Shown here piece after piece: positions 18,980-30,438 of a stretch of DNA of 64,000 bases. Each line of letters starts with the position of its first letter. The stretch's first letter is position 1. The DNA comes from Candidatus Poribacteria bacterium (GTDB taxonomy: Bacteria; Poribacteria; WGA-4E; WGA-3G). The notes under the pieces were generated by a model. That model worked only from the letters and a program-made list of their open reading frames with translations, was not told the origin of the DNA and did no database searches. Made by a program: the position numbers and the translations under genes. The stretch lies in assembly GCA_965242965.1 (NCBI GenBank), contig OZ251518.1:1600001-1664000 (forward strand), given 5' to 3'.

Positions 18980-20188
18980 ATGTTAACGACTCAATTGACA
19001 AATTGGCGCATCAAGGCAGAGCGTCGGAAAACCCGCGTCCGTTCTGTCATCTTGCTCTCCCTGATTTTACACATGGTGGTGGCAATCGTTTACCTCTTTC
19101 TGCCGATGAACCAGTTGGTAGAAGAGCAGGCGGATGCCTTCGCCGTTGACCTGGTGAGTGACGCGGATGCACCTAAGAAACGACGCGAAAGACCGAAACC
19201 GCCGCTGACGAAAAAATTGTATGACCCGAGCGAAGCCCTCGCGCGGAACGCAATGCAAAAGAAAATCGAGACAGCTCGGAACAAACAGGACGAAGTGATT
19301 AAATTCAGCCCGCGCGTGGTGCTCGAAGATGTGGAACTCAACAATGCACCCCTGAGTGAAACCCTTCCTGACGTAATGACCGCGGCGCAATTGCGCGATG
19401 CCGAGGCTTCAAACCTCAGTCGCCTGGTCCGGCAACCGGGCCGCACCGATGGCCGCGGCATTGTTACCGGCAGAGTCCGAGCCCGCGGCGATGGTATGGG
19501 GAGATTCCGCGGCCATCAACAGGATGGCAGTGACGGTGGACTCCTCGGCGGCGGTGGGAAAGACGGAGCCACCCGAGACAGACTCGGTATCATCGATTTC
19601 CTGAACGAGTTTGAAGGGCCCCAAAACGTCGTCTACTGCCTTGACATCTCCGCCAGCATGCAGGCAGCCGGGCTGAAAAAGTTGGAATTGGCCGTCAACT
19701 CCATCAAAGATTCTGTGATGAACCTTGGCAGCGATGATGCGTTGAACATTGTAGCGTTTTCTACAACAGCGAAAGCGATGAGCAAAAACATGCTTCCCGC
19801 GAACGCCAAAAACATAAAACGGACATCGAAATATCTGGATAGTTTCACACCAAAGCGCATTGAGGGCAACACTGGGACTAACATTCTTGAGGCACTTGAT
19901 GCGTCTTTCAAACTAGATGCTTCTGTCGTTGTTTTGGTGACAGATGGGTTACCTGTCGCGATTAAGGAGTACCCGATTGAGACAGATACCCAGAAGATTC
20001 TTGAGGTAATCCGGAAAAAGAATCTGAACAACGCGCGCATCTATGTCGTCGCGCTTGAAATCGATGTCAAACATTCCCCAGGGGCCGAGTTGCTCGTCTC
20101 TCTTGCCGAGCAACACAACGGCAAACTGAAGGTGATTAATAGCGAACTGTTGGTAGAATATGCAGACCCGGACGAACCGCTGCCGTAA
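18980..20188 (+). CDS. Membrane-anchored vWA domain protein
   Basis: N-terminal SLILH TM anchor; DISASM MIDAS, GTN and VTDG motifs. Confidence 0.82.
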   Translation: MLTTQLTNWRIKAERRKTRVRSVILLSLILHMVVAIVYLFLPMNQLVEEQADAFAVDLVSDADAPKKRRERPKPPLTKKLYDPSEALARNAMQKKIETARNKQDEVIKFSPRVVLEDVELNNAPLSETLPDVMTAAQLRDAEASNLSRLVRQPGRTDGRGIVTGRVRARGDGMGRFRGHQQDGSDGGLLGGGGKDGATRDRLGIIDFLNEFEGPQNVVYCLDISASMQAAGLKKLELAVNSIKDSVMNLGSDDALNIVAFSTTAKAMSKNMLPANAKNIKRTSKYLDSFTPKRIEGNTGTNILEALDASFKLDASVVVLVTDGLPVAIKEYPIETDTQKILEVIRKKNLNNARIYVVALEIDVKHSPGAELLVSLAEQHNGKLKVINSELLVEYADPDEPLP

Positions 20189-20209
20189 GGTTATCCGTGA
20201 TACCCTTCC

Positions 20210-20334
20210 AACAGGATTCGTAGTGCGTGGGTCTGTCCCACGTGACTGTCTATTCTAACAGGATTTGTAGCGTGGACTTGTCCCACGTTACCATCTGTTT
20301 CAACAGGATTCGTAATGCGTGGGCCTGTCCCACG
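20210..20334 (+). repeat. Three tandem 45-47-bp repeats (aacaggatt-GTAG-cgtggg-ctgt-cccacg)
   Basis: Units start at 20210, 20257 and 20302. Confidence 0.75.
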
Positions 20335-20359
20335 CTATGTCTGGACCTTAAAAATAAAA

Positions 20360-21169
20360 ATGATAAATCAAAAATCCGCAACAGGCATCATCCAACAATT
20401 TCGGTTGGATGGCAAAGTGAGCATCGTCACCGGAGCGAGCCGCGGCATTGGCCGGGCGATGGCAGAAGGGCTCGCCGGGGCAGGCTCAACACTCGTCATC
20501 GTCGGCAGGAAAATGGAGACGTTGCAACCGGTCGCCGAACAGATTGTCAAAGAGACTGAACAGAACGTCCTGCCTATCCAGGCCGATGTGAGCAATCTCA
20601 ATGAAATTGAGGCACTTGTTTCGCAAACCGTGGCGCGATTCGGTAGACTTGACATCCTTGTCAACAACGCCGGTGTCAACATTCGGAATCCGGCATTGGA
20701 ATTCACCGAGGCAGACTGGGATTTCGTCACGGATGTCAACTTAAAGGGCGCGTTCTTTCTGGCACAAGCCTGCGGCAAAGTGATGCAGGAGCAGAAAGCC
20801 GGCAAGGTGATTAACACCCTCTCGCTCACCTCCGCAATTGGCTTGCCGACGAGCGTCGCCTACACCGCTGCGAAGGGAGGCTTGCTCCAGTTAACGAAAC
20901 TCCTCGCTGTTGAGTGGGCAGAGCATAACATTCAAGTGAACGGCATTGCTCCCGGTTTCATCCGCACCGAGATGACGGCTCCCGCGCGCGAAGATAACCG
21001 TAACGAATGGATACTCAACCGCACCCCTGCATATCGCTGGGGAGAACCGGAGGATTTGGCGGGGTTGACGATATTCTTCGCCTCCGATGCATCTGACTTC
21101 GTGACAGGACAGATGGTATTCGTTGATGGCGGGTTCATGGCAGGTAGCGACTGGAGGCGGCGTTCATAA
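20360..21169 (+). CDS. Short-chain dehydrogenase (gluconate 5-dehydrogenase/KduD-like)
   Basis: TGASRGIG, NNAG, YTAAK and VDGG motifs. Confidence 0.9.
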   Translation: MINQKSATGIIQQFRLDGKVSIVTGASRGIGRAMAEGLAGAGSTLVIVGRKMETLQPVAEQIVKETEQNVLPIQADVSNLNEIEALVSQTVARFGRLDILVNNAGVNIRNPALEFTEADWDFVTDVNLKGAFFLAQACGKVMQEQKAGKVINTLSLTSAIGLPTSVAYTAAKGGLLQLTKLLAVEWAEHNIQVNGIAPGFIRTEMTAPAREDNRNEWILNRTPAYRWGEPEDLAGLTIFFASDASDFVTGQMVFVDGGFMAGSDWRRRS

Positions 21170-21170
21170 A

Positions 21171-21404
21171 ATGGAAAAGCAACAGAATCCCGCTGCCTTC
21201 GCGACTATCCACGAAATCCTCGCCGAGTTTCAGATTGAAGACGCGGTCCTCTTCGATCATACCCCTGTCTTGCGAATACAGGTATCAGAACCGCAATTCG
21301 CGCGCGCAATTGGCTTGCGCGAGACTTTGGTGGAACGGATAAAACCGCTTGGGTATCGGTTTATCGCGTTGGATTTGGAGTTTGCGAGCGGTCTTGAAAA
21401 CTAA
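21171..21404 (+). CDS. Small protein resembling the LarE C-terminal domain
   Basis: RIQV...LVERIKPLGYRFIALDLE; starts 1 bp after the SDR stop. Confidence 0.5.
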   Translation: MEKQQNPAAFATIHEILAEFQIEDAVLFDHTPVLRIQVSEPQFARAIGLRETLVERIKPLGYRFIALDLEFASGLEN

Positions 21405-21406
21405 TT

Positions 21407-22012
21407 GAGGGTGTTTCATAACTCGCTCCACGTCGCGGTGATAGCCCTCCGCGCTACGGTGAAAAAACGTGCCGATTACCGTAGGGCTTGGGCCCTCGCA
21501 TGCCACACGCGCATGCGAGCGGGTTTCCCTCGCCGTGCCTCGATCGAGAGGGAACGGCCTTGGCCTGCGTGCGTTTTTCGCGTAGGTCGAACGCTCGCGG
21601 GGCAAGACCGTCTCCCTTCACCGTAGGGCGAGGGCCTGTCCCTCGCCGTGCCTCGATCGGGGAAACGGCCTTGGTCTGCGTTCGTTTTTCGCGCGGATCG
21701 AACGCTCGCGGGGGACAGGCCCCCGCGCTACGGGCCAAGAAGGGTTTTAGGTCCGTAGGACCTTAATGTCTATAGCACGCGCAGGCCTCCAAGGCCTCAA
21801 GGTCCTTTAGGACCTTAATGTTTTCTGCTGCAGATTAAGGACCTAAAGGACCTTAGTGTTTTTTTTCGATCAGCGGATACTATAGACATGCAGGACCTAA
21901 AGGACCTGAAGAGGTTTTTTCATGCGAGTGCTCGCGGGGGACAGGCCCCCGCGCTACGGTTGGTGAGACGGCCTTGCCTAGACCCATTAGGGATCAGGCG
22001 ATCCCGAACTAC
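21407..22012. mobile_element. REP cassette starting with a left TIR
   Basis: gagggtgtttcataa at 21407; GTAG REPs plus an AGGTCC/CTATAG module. Confidence 0.78.
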
Positions 22013-22036
22013 AATTTTTTTATTCGCATTTTTAAT

Positions 22037-22065
22037 TTGACAAAAACGTTAAAAAATGGTATAAT
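22037..22065 (+). promoter_or_regulatory. Consensus sigma70 promoter
   Basis: TTGACA-17 nt-TATAAT with extended TG. Confidence 0.8.
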
Positions 22066-22121
22066 TAAGACAGTGTTTAATTTTCAATCATTTTTTCATC
22101 AATTTAAAGGAGAAAAAACTA

Positions 22122-25100
22122 ATGAGAATCCTATTCTCTCTCATTTTCGCGGGCATTGCTGTCCGCTTGAAACCCACCGTCACCGCGTTATTGCAGCACC
22201 CGCTGCAAAGATGCCGCGCCCTTGCGCCCGCCGGTGACGCATCCAACCTGAAGACCCCCCCTCTCATCTACGCGCGTTAACTCCTGCGACTCTATGCAGG
22301 AAGGCGCAGAAGGACGGGGGACACCCGCGGTCCGCCGCGCGCATCCATCCCGTTTTGATAGGCTGCCTACTGCTCACATTCGGGCTGCTGACGGTGCTTG
22401 CACCGCCGGGAGAGAGCCACGACACATACACGCAAGCCGATATCGATAATGATCGCAGTGATTTCTTCACTGCGGCGTGGCTGGGCGAGGACTTGGCAGC
22501 CCATGTCTTGCATAAGACAGGGATTCGGCTGCCGAACGATTCGCCACACGGCCACGGCCATTCTACGGGTATTGATGCCTTCTTTGGTGGCGGGTTGACA
22601 GCTATCGCGCCGGATCATTTTGATATTCAGTGGATACGCATCTATAAAAATCCGAAAACCACGAAGCTGGGAGAGCTCACGAAACTGGGAGAGCTGCAGC
22701 AGGTCGGGACCTATACTCGCGGGCCCGGCGGCCCTGAGACGAATCCTGTTGTTACGCCGCCCGGTTTTGAAAAAAGGCGCGCGCGGCTGTTCCCCTCCTT
22801 CTGGAAGGACTATGAGCTGCTCTGGCATGACACAGCGCCAAAGGCATACGAGGCGGACACCTACTTCTGGGTTGATATCGATCCCGGCACCGGGCCCAGC
22901 GATCCGATGAGCGGCGGCCTGCTGGAAGATCCGAACAAACCCGGCAACAGTGGGCTTGTCACCGCCACGGAAAATAATACGGTAGTCCCCGGGGATATCG
23001 TCGCCATTGCCATCAACGTCAAACTTCGCGGCTATAAAGCGGTAAAGGAATTCATAACGCCTGAGCCTGGTGTTGATAGAGACAGTACTGCTACGCCGCC
23101 TCTAGAGTTTCCGCCACTCTTGCATAGCCAGGTTCCCGCCTACCGCAATCCCGTCTCCGGTCCCCGTGCAGTCAACTGGGAGATAAATTATGTGCCATTA
23201 TTGTTCAATGACGGTCAAAAGACGAACCCGGTAGACACTGTCTGGGCGCGCAATTTCGACAGCACCAAGGAAATCGCCGGCGGGGTCCTAATTGCAGCCG
23301 TGGGCATTCAGCATGTCGGGATACTGAATCCCAATTATCCACTGGAACGGATGCAACAGGGTGGCAGCGTCAACTACCTCAATGTCGACTCTGCGGTTAC
23401 CGCTTCGGAGTGGGGGCATCGCTTTGTGGATGGTGGCCCTATGCATGGTTACCACACCATCGTCTACCAATTTACGGTGACAAAGGCGCATGAGTCCTTG
23501 AATGCCTTGGGCAAGTGGTTGGCTGGGACAGGCAATACCGTGGTCCCGTTCAATGTCCAATACCGTACGGGTGCCGGTTTTAATTACGAATACGCTGATT
23601 TCTATGCCGTGCACCCCAAAGGGCCAGGGGAGACCGATGCCCACGGTTACACGTACGAGGACATATACGCTGACATCACAGGCATACGCAATCTGACAAG
23701 CAATCACGTGCGGGAGTTTGGATTCGCCGTGCCATTTAATGCTGATACCGATACCACGGGTAAGCGATGGGCAGATTTTCTGGACGTGTCTGACTTTATA
23801 GCGGGTGCAGCAGGCACTGGTTACATCCCCTACCCAGAGAGCACGGATATGGACAAGAGGACAGAGTATCGTGACCACAGGGTCGAGCATAAGGCTACGG
23901 ATAATCCTGCTCCTCCTGCAAATCAAGTTGGGGTATACAAACGCGGCCATGCGGCTAATGAGCCTTACTACATCACAAAGACAATCCTTGACAGAAACGA
24001 CGACGGTATTCTTGACTACCTTCCAGTAGTTGATGACGGGTTGACGACGGACACCAACTCCCATGGTCAATACGTCTCAGGTGGTCGCGTCCGGCACTAT
24101 ACTGTCTCGGAGGGTTTTTATAAGCAGGCGGGGACGCGGTTCCCTCACCACTTGCCGCCTACGTATGATGGCACTATCGACTATCCGGCGGTAATAACGC
24201 CTGTCGCCGCGATGACAGTGATAGACGTGCCGTCGGGGACACAAACCGGCCCGTTTACGGTGACATTGCGATTCCAGGAAGACTACAGTGCAGCCGGGCA
24301 TGGGCAATCCGCTGCGGCTCATGATTTGACAGACGAAGAGCTTCTCTCGACATTGCAAACTGCGCTGTCGGCAGATGTTGGGGATAGCACGGTGACGGTG
24401 AACCGTCCCGAGGCGGCGGATGCATGGTTGCGGTATCCGGTGAGGGTGGTGCCCGCGCTCGGCTTTAAAGGCGCGCTGACGTTCCAGGTGCCGGAAGATA
24501 CGGTGTTTGCCCACCTTGACCCGCTCGGCAATTTGGCATCGGCGGCTGTCACGGTGCAGGTAGACACGACGCTGCCGGCGTTGGAAGTGGGCGCGCCGGA
24601 GGTTGTTGCTCCCGAATCGGACGTGTATAACGCCGGCGATAAGCTCACCGTTGAGTTACCGTTTGCAACAACCGGTCTGACTTATGAAGGCGAGAATCCG
24701 CCGTATGTGCGGATATATCTCGGCGAACAGGTTGCCGAGAATGCGCGGGATGCCATTTGGCAGCAAGGCGAGGAGCGTTCGGGTTCCACGATTGTGCCGT
24801 TCGTTTATGTTTTGCAAGCGTCGGATGTGGCTATTTTGCAAGCGTTGGATCCGGCGGCTCAAACGGTGCATCCGGAGAGTCGTTTAGGTATTCCTGAAGG
24901 GACGCGGCTAGTGGATCGTGAAGCGGGTCTCGCGCTTCAGGGTAGCGATAGGGTGGCGGTAGGTGCGGGTGTCGTTGCGCCGCCGCTGTCGGATACGGGT
25001 GATGGCGGCTTGTCGCTGCAGGATGCGTCGGGGAGTGAATTGGGGCCCGTTACGCTCGATGTGCCGGTGCCGTCGAAGCCGCAGGTGATTTACCTACCGC

Positions 25101-26803
25101 CGGATGACACTGTCTCAAAGGCGGTTGCATCAACTGTGCCTCGTTCTCCCATCGTTTTCAACGAACTGGGGAATGGCAGTGATGCAGCAAATGACTGGCT
25201 AGAATTCCGCAATGTCACCGGTTCAGATGTCTCCCTAAAAGACTGGGAACTCTCCGTTGTCGCCGATGGCAAAAAGGAAGATACATCCCTCATCGTCTTC
25301 CCGGATGTAAGTGTCCCGGCGAATGGGCTGTTGCTGATTACCAACAGCGCGTCGGACAAAACACCACTCGCCGGTGGACAGAATAAAGGCTTATCGCATG
25401 CATCTATAGTGGATGCGGGCCTCTCGCTGCCCGATGATGGCAAATTCCTGTTAATTCTCCGGAATGCAACGAAGAAACTCGGCTTGGATGAGGCATTCAT
25501 TGATGTCGCCGGTGGCGGCGGCAGTGATACGGATGCATTTATCCGCGATGAAACCGGTGACTATGATACGCATGTCTGGCCCTTGCAGGTCTTGGAATCC
25601 CCCGGTGATGCCACTGAGGACGCGCTCAGTTCAGGTAAAGTCTGGCAGCGCGCGAAAGCGGATCTTATCGGATATCACAGAGATGCCTGGGCAGAAGCCG
25701 CATTTACTGGTATCGGTTATGACAGAAAAGTGACGCAGTCTGCGGCGACAGCCGGCACACCGGGCTATCCGAATGGTGCTGTCAAAACGGAGGCATCTAC
25801 GCCGAAAGGTGCAGTCACCATCAGCGAAATCATGTTTGATTCCGAGGGTGGCACCCTGCCGCAATGGATAGAGTTGTATAACAAATCCAAAACCGAGGCA
25901 CTGAATCTGAATCGCTGGCAGTTGGAGATTCAGAATCGGAATTCGGGAGACCTCATCGGCCGCCCGATCGTGACGTTGACGCTGCAAGAGAAGGTGATTC
26001 AACCGAATCAGACGCTGCTCATCGTGGCCGGCGATGCCCGCGCCTCATCGACAGATGTCTTCCCTGAAGACCGGGTTTACAACCTGCTGAAACTGCACGA
26101 GAAAAATCTGCGCATCAAAACGCCGCGCGATACCTTCTTGAGTGGCGAAGGCTTCTATCTGAAATTATCCGATAGAAACGGCACGAAGATAGACGAAGTC
26201 GGCAACATCGATGACAATCGTCGTACCGATGATGCGCCGGTGTGGGTGTGGCCCACGAATCGTCGGGATGGCGCGCGGAGTTCAGTCGTCCGCCGTTACG
26301 ATAAAGGCGCGGTGGCACGCGATGGGATGTTGAAGTCCAATTGGGCATTAGCGGCGCATTTCAACAAATTCAAAGTTGAATCGCTGCACTACGGCCATGC
26401 CGAGGACATCGGGACACCGGGGTATCGTCAAGGCGGTGCCTTGCCTGTGGAATTATCGAGTTTCACCTTGACACGCACCGATGCCGGTCCGGTTGTTGTT
26501 ACTTGGACAACCGAGTCTGAGGTAGACAATGCCGGTTTCAACCTGCGTCGCAGCCTGAAACGCGAGAGTGGTTTCACGTTGCTGAATCCTGTCTTAATCG
26601 CCGGTGCCGGCACAACAGGCGAACGTCAAACTTACACGTTCACGGATACGTCTGCGAAACCTGGGATTGAATACTACTATCAAATCGAAGAGGTTTCGTT
26701 AGGTGGGCGGCCGGAGACGTTGCGGACGCGTTACTTACCGGGTCCCGTTTCGCCGGCGAATCGTTCGTTGACAACGTTTGGTGAAGTCAAGCAGCGGGAG
26801 TAA
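22122..26803 (+). CDS. Large secreted lamin-tail-domain protein; RBS-linked ATG (22122) is out of frame with the main ORF (22355-26803) at a C7 tract
   Basis: Two LTD-like domains (IVFNELGN..DWLEFRN; ISEIMF...QWIELYN), Ig-like repeats, LPVELSSF...TFGEVK C-terminal module. Confidence 0.75.
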
Positions 26804-26821
26804 TTCGTGCTGTTATTCTTC

Positions 26822-27910
26822 GGAGCGCGGGGGCTTGTCCCCCGCGTTTTTTTCGTCCTGGTCCGTAGCGCGGGGGCCTGTCCCCCGCGTTTTTTTTGAT
26901 GCACCGTAGCGCGGGGGCCTGTCCCCCGCGAGCGCCGACCTGCCGACATCTGTAGTTCGGGAGCGCCCGCTCCCGAACGGATCAAGAGCAGGTGCTCTTG
27001 TCCTACAGTTCTCTCCCTAGGTCCTTTAGGACCTTAATGTCTATAGAACACATAGACTTCCAAGTCCTCAAGGTCCTTTAGGACCTTAATGTTTTCCGGG
27101 GGCGTTGCGTGTGCTGTCTATTAAGGACCTAAAGGACCTTAGGGCTCTTCTCTGTCGGCGGGATACTATAGACATGCAGGTCCTAAAGGACCTGAAGAGG
27201 CGTTTTTTCACGTGAACAATCGCGGGGGACAGGCCCCCGCGCTACGGTAGATGAGGCTGCCTCCCTTTCACCGTAGGGCGAGGGCCTGTCCCTCGCCATG
27301 CCTCGGTCGGGAAAACGGCGTTGGTTGGCGTGCGGTTTTCGCGCGGGTCGGGCGATCGCGGGGGACAGGCCCCCGCGCTACGGGCCAGGAAGGGTTCTCT
27401 CCAAGGTCCTTTAGGACCTTAATGTCTATAGAACCCGTAGATCTCCAAGTCCTCAAGGTCCTTTAGGACCTTAATGTTTTCTGTGACGATGCGTGTGTTG
27501 CAGATTAAGGACCTAAAGGACCTTAGTGCTTTTTTTGGTCGGGGATACTATAGACATGCAGGACCTAAAGGACCTGAAGAGGTGTCGTTTACCGTAGGGC
27601 GAGGGCCTGTCCCTCGCCGTGCCTCGGTCGGGAAAACGGCGTTGGCTGGCGTGCGGTTTTCGCGCGGGTCGAACGATCGCGGGGGACAGGCCCCCGCGCT
27701 ACGGGCCCGGAAGGGGTTCTCCTCGCCATGCACCGTTCGGGATCAGGCGATCCCGAACTACAGTCATTGGGGCACGCGTGCGAACGCGGGGGCCTGTCTC
27801 CCGCGCCAGCGGGTTGGGTTCTGTGTGGGAAAATTCTGCTAGCAAAGAAAAAAGCAATGTGATATACTGTTCATGTCAGGAAACTTCATAACCATTTATG
27901 AAACACCCTC
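26822..27910. repeat. Large REP array ending in a right TIR
   Basis: Two AGGTCC/CTATAG modules, multiple GTAG REPs, ttatgaaacaccctc at 27896-27910. Confidence 0.82.
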
Positions 27911-27942
27911 AACTAAATGGACCTGACCGGGAAAATAAAAAT

Positions 27943-27971
27943 TTGATTTTTACCACGCGATGTGGTATAAT
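27943..27971 (+). promoter_or_regulatory. sigma70 promoter
   Basis: TTGATT-17 nt-TATAAT with extended TG. Confidence 0.65.
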
Positions 27972-28036
27972 TTTAAACCGTTAGTCGTTACGCAATTCCA
28001 AAAGTTGCTACTGAACCTGTTGGATTGAAAACATTT

Positions 28037-29113
28037 ATGTCAACCTTTACGAAACAACTGGGACGAGAACCTTCGGCTACGAAAGGGGTCGTCACCGAAT
28101 ACCTCAGTGATGTCAAGCGCAAGGTGGATGCCTGCATCTTTGACTTTCTGCCGATTGCCCACGCGCACGCCGATGTGCATCAGTTGTATCAGATGATGCT
28201 AGACTATCCGCGCCGCGCGGCGAAAGGCTTACGGCCCGCACTCTGTCTGCTCATCTGTGAGGCATTCGGTGGCAAATCGGAACGCGCCGTCAATACCGCT
28301 GCTGCATTGGAGCTCCTCCAGAATTGGCTCTTGATTCACGATGATATTGAAGACGGTTCTGAACTTCGGCGCGGCGAACCGTGTCTCCACCAAAAGCACG
28401 GGATTCCGATGGCTATCAACGTCGGCGATGCGCTCCACTGCAAAATGTGGGAGATGCTCCACCGAAATACCGAGATTCTCGGAAACGAACTCGCCTTCCG
28501 CATCTTCTCCGAATTCATCCAACTCAGCAACCAAGTCGTTGAAGGACAGCACATTGAACTCAGCTGGGTAGGGAGCAACCGTTGGAATCTGGACGAAGAG
28601 GATTACCTGACGATGTGCGTCCAAAAAACCGCGTGGTATACCTGCATCACGCCGTGCCGCGTCGGTGCTATCATCGGCGGTGCAAACGACGCGGAAGCCG
28701 ATGCATTCATCCAACTTGGCAAAGACCTGGGTGTTGCGTTCCAAATTCAGGACGATGTCCTCAACCTCATCGGCGATGTCGGTAGATACGGAAAGGAAAT
28801 CGCCGGTGACATCAGCGAAGGGAAGCGCACTCTCGTGCTTATCCACCTGTTCAACGCTTGCACACCAACAGAAGCGCAGCATGTCATTGACATCATGGCG
28901 CGCCCTCGCGATGAGAAAACGGAAGCGGATGTCAAAAGTGTGCTTGAATTGATGGCGAAATATGACTCGATTGCCTATGCACAACGCCGCTCCAAGGCAC
29001 TCTTACAGGAAGCGGCCGGACAGTTTACGCATAACTTTTCCCATCTCCCAGATGGCCGGGCAAAGCGGCTGTTTTTGTCGCTGATTGATTTTTTCGTTGA
29101 ACGTGAATACTAA
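28037..29113 (+). CDS. Polyprenyl diphosphate synthase (GGPP synthase-like)
   Basis: KGLRP, LIHDDIED..RRG, GQ, KT and FQIQDD motifs. Confidence 0.93.
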   Translation: MSTFTKQLGREPSATKGVVTEYLSDVKRKVDACIFDFLPIAHAHADVHQLYQMMLDYPRRAAKGLRPALCLLICEAFGGKSERAVNTAAALELLQNWLLIHDDIEDGSELRRGEPCLHQKHGIPMAINVGDALHCKMWEMLHRNTEILGNELAFRIFSEFIQLSNQVVEGQHIELSWVGSNRWNLDEEDYLTMCVQKTAWYTCITPCRVGAIIGGANDAEADAFIQLGKDLGVAFQIQDDVLNLIGDVGRYGKEIAGDISEGKRTLVLIHLFNACTPTEAQHVIDIMARPRDEKTEADVKSVLELMAKYDSIAYAQRRSKALLQEAAGQFTHNFSHLPDGRAKRLFLSLIDFFVEREY

Positions 29114-29323
29114 TTTTCGGGCGGCGTTAGGAATCCGCTCCGACACTAAAACCAAATTCTTGGCTGTAGCGCGGGCTCGTCTGAAGTTCTGGCACGAATG
29201 CGAAACGTTCCCGAACAGGGCTCTTGCCCGACAGAGACGAGACGCATCAACCGATTTGGTATCACAAGGCGGGTAGGCGCGCTTTAGAAGCACGCGACTA
29301 CCCTAATGAAATAGGAGATTTTG

Positions 29324-30388
29324 ATGAACGATATTTCCTCTGGAAAATTGCGCGGCATCGTGAAACTCGCCGATGCGAATGGCCGATTCAAAATGATGGC
29401 GATCGACCAGCGTGGTTCCATGGTGCAGGCTCTCGCGGATGCCTTAAACAAGGAGAAAGCAGATGTCCAGTACGAAGATGTTGCCGCGCTCAAAACGTTG
29501 ATAACCTGCTCGCTTTCGCCGAATGCCACCGCTGTCCTCACGGATCCGATTTACGGGTATCCCTACTCTGTTGCAGAGATTCCGCGGGATGTCGCGTTGC
29601 TGTTAGCTTACGAAGAATCGGGTTATGTCAGCGAAGGCGTTAGCGAGAACGAACGGCTCTCCAATCCGATTGAAAATTGGACTATCGCCAAGGCGCAGCG
29701 TGCCGGTGCCGACGCGATTAAACTCCTCGCCTACTATCATCCCGATGCCTCCGAGGCGACACTCAAGCATCAGCAGGCGTTCGTGCAACACGTCGGCGAT
29801 GAGTGTGAAAAGCACGATTTGCCGTTTCTGTTAGAGTTAGTCAGTTACGCGCTGGAAGGCACCACCAAAAGCGTGGCATTCGCGCGGCAGAAACCGTCTC
29901 TGGTTATCCGCAGCGTTGAGGAATTCACGGCACCACGCTATAAGGTTGACATCCTGAAACTGGAATTCCCCGCCGACCTGAAATACACCGCCGATTATCA
30001 AAACAGGGGTTTCTATGCCGGCGATTCGGCATATACTCTCGCCGAAGTGAAGGATATCTGCCAGCGGTTAGACGCGGCATCGACATTGCCGTGGGTGATT
30101 CTGAGTGCAGGCGTGGATATTGAGGAATTCATCGAAAACGTTCACCTCGCCACCGAAGCGGGCGCGAGCGGATTCCTCTGTGGCAGAGCTATCTGGAAAG
30201 ACGCGGTGCAGTATTACCCCGATACCGAGGCAGTCAACCGCTTCCTCGCAGACGAGGCGACGACGAATTTCACGAACGCGAACGCGGCGGCAGAGAACGC
30301 GCGCCCGTGGTATAACCACCGCCAATTCGGCGGCGCAGAAAACGTGCAAATTGCCAAGCAGTCCGCGACGTGGTATCGGGACTATTAG
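29324..30388 (+). CDS. lacD: Tagatose-1,6-bisphosphate aldolase family (class I)
   Basis: AIDQRGS, KLL.YY, DILKLEFP, LSAGV and GFLCGRAIW motifs. Confidence 0.85.
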   Translation: MNDISSGKLRGIVKLADANGRFKMMAIDQRGSMVQALADALNKEKADVQYEDVAALKTLITCSLSPNATAVLTDPIYGYPYSVAEIPRDVALLLAYEESGYVSEGVSENERLSNPIENWTIAKAQRAGADAIKLLAYYHPDASEATLKHQQAFVQHVGDECEKHDLPFLLELVSYALEGTTKSVAFARQKPSLVIRSVEEFTAPRYKVDILKLEFPADLKYTADYQNRGFYAGDSAYTLAEVKDICQRLDAASTLPWVILSAGVDIEEFIENVHLATEAGASGFLCGRAIWKDAVQYYPDTEAVNRFLADEATTNFTNANAAAENARPWYNHRQFGGAENVQIAKQSATWYRDY

Positions 30389-30438
30389 CCGATTTGTATT
30401 TCCTGGCGGGCGAGGGTTCGTCCCTCGCCTTGCCCCGG

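Noticed and set aside
20210-20334. Mini-CRISPR candidate
   Set aside because: Only three degenerate units with ~13-nt related spacers; GTAG-hairpin REP structure.
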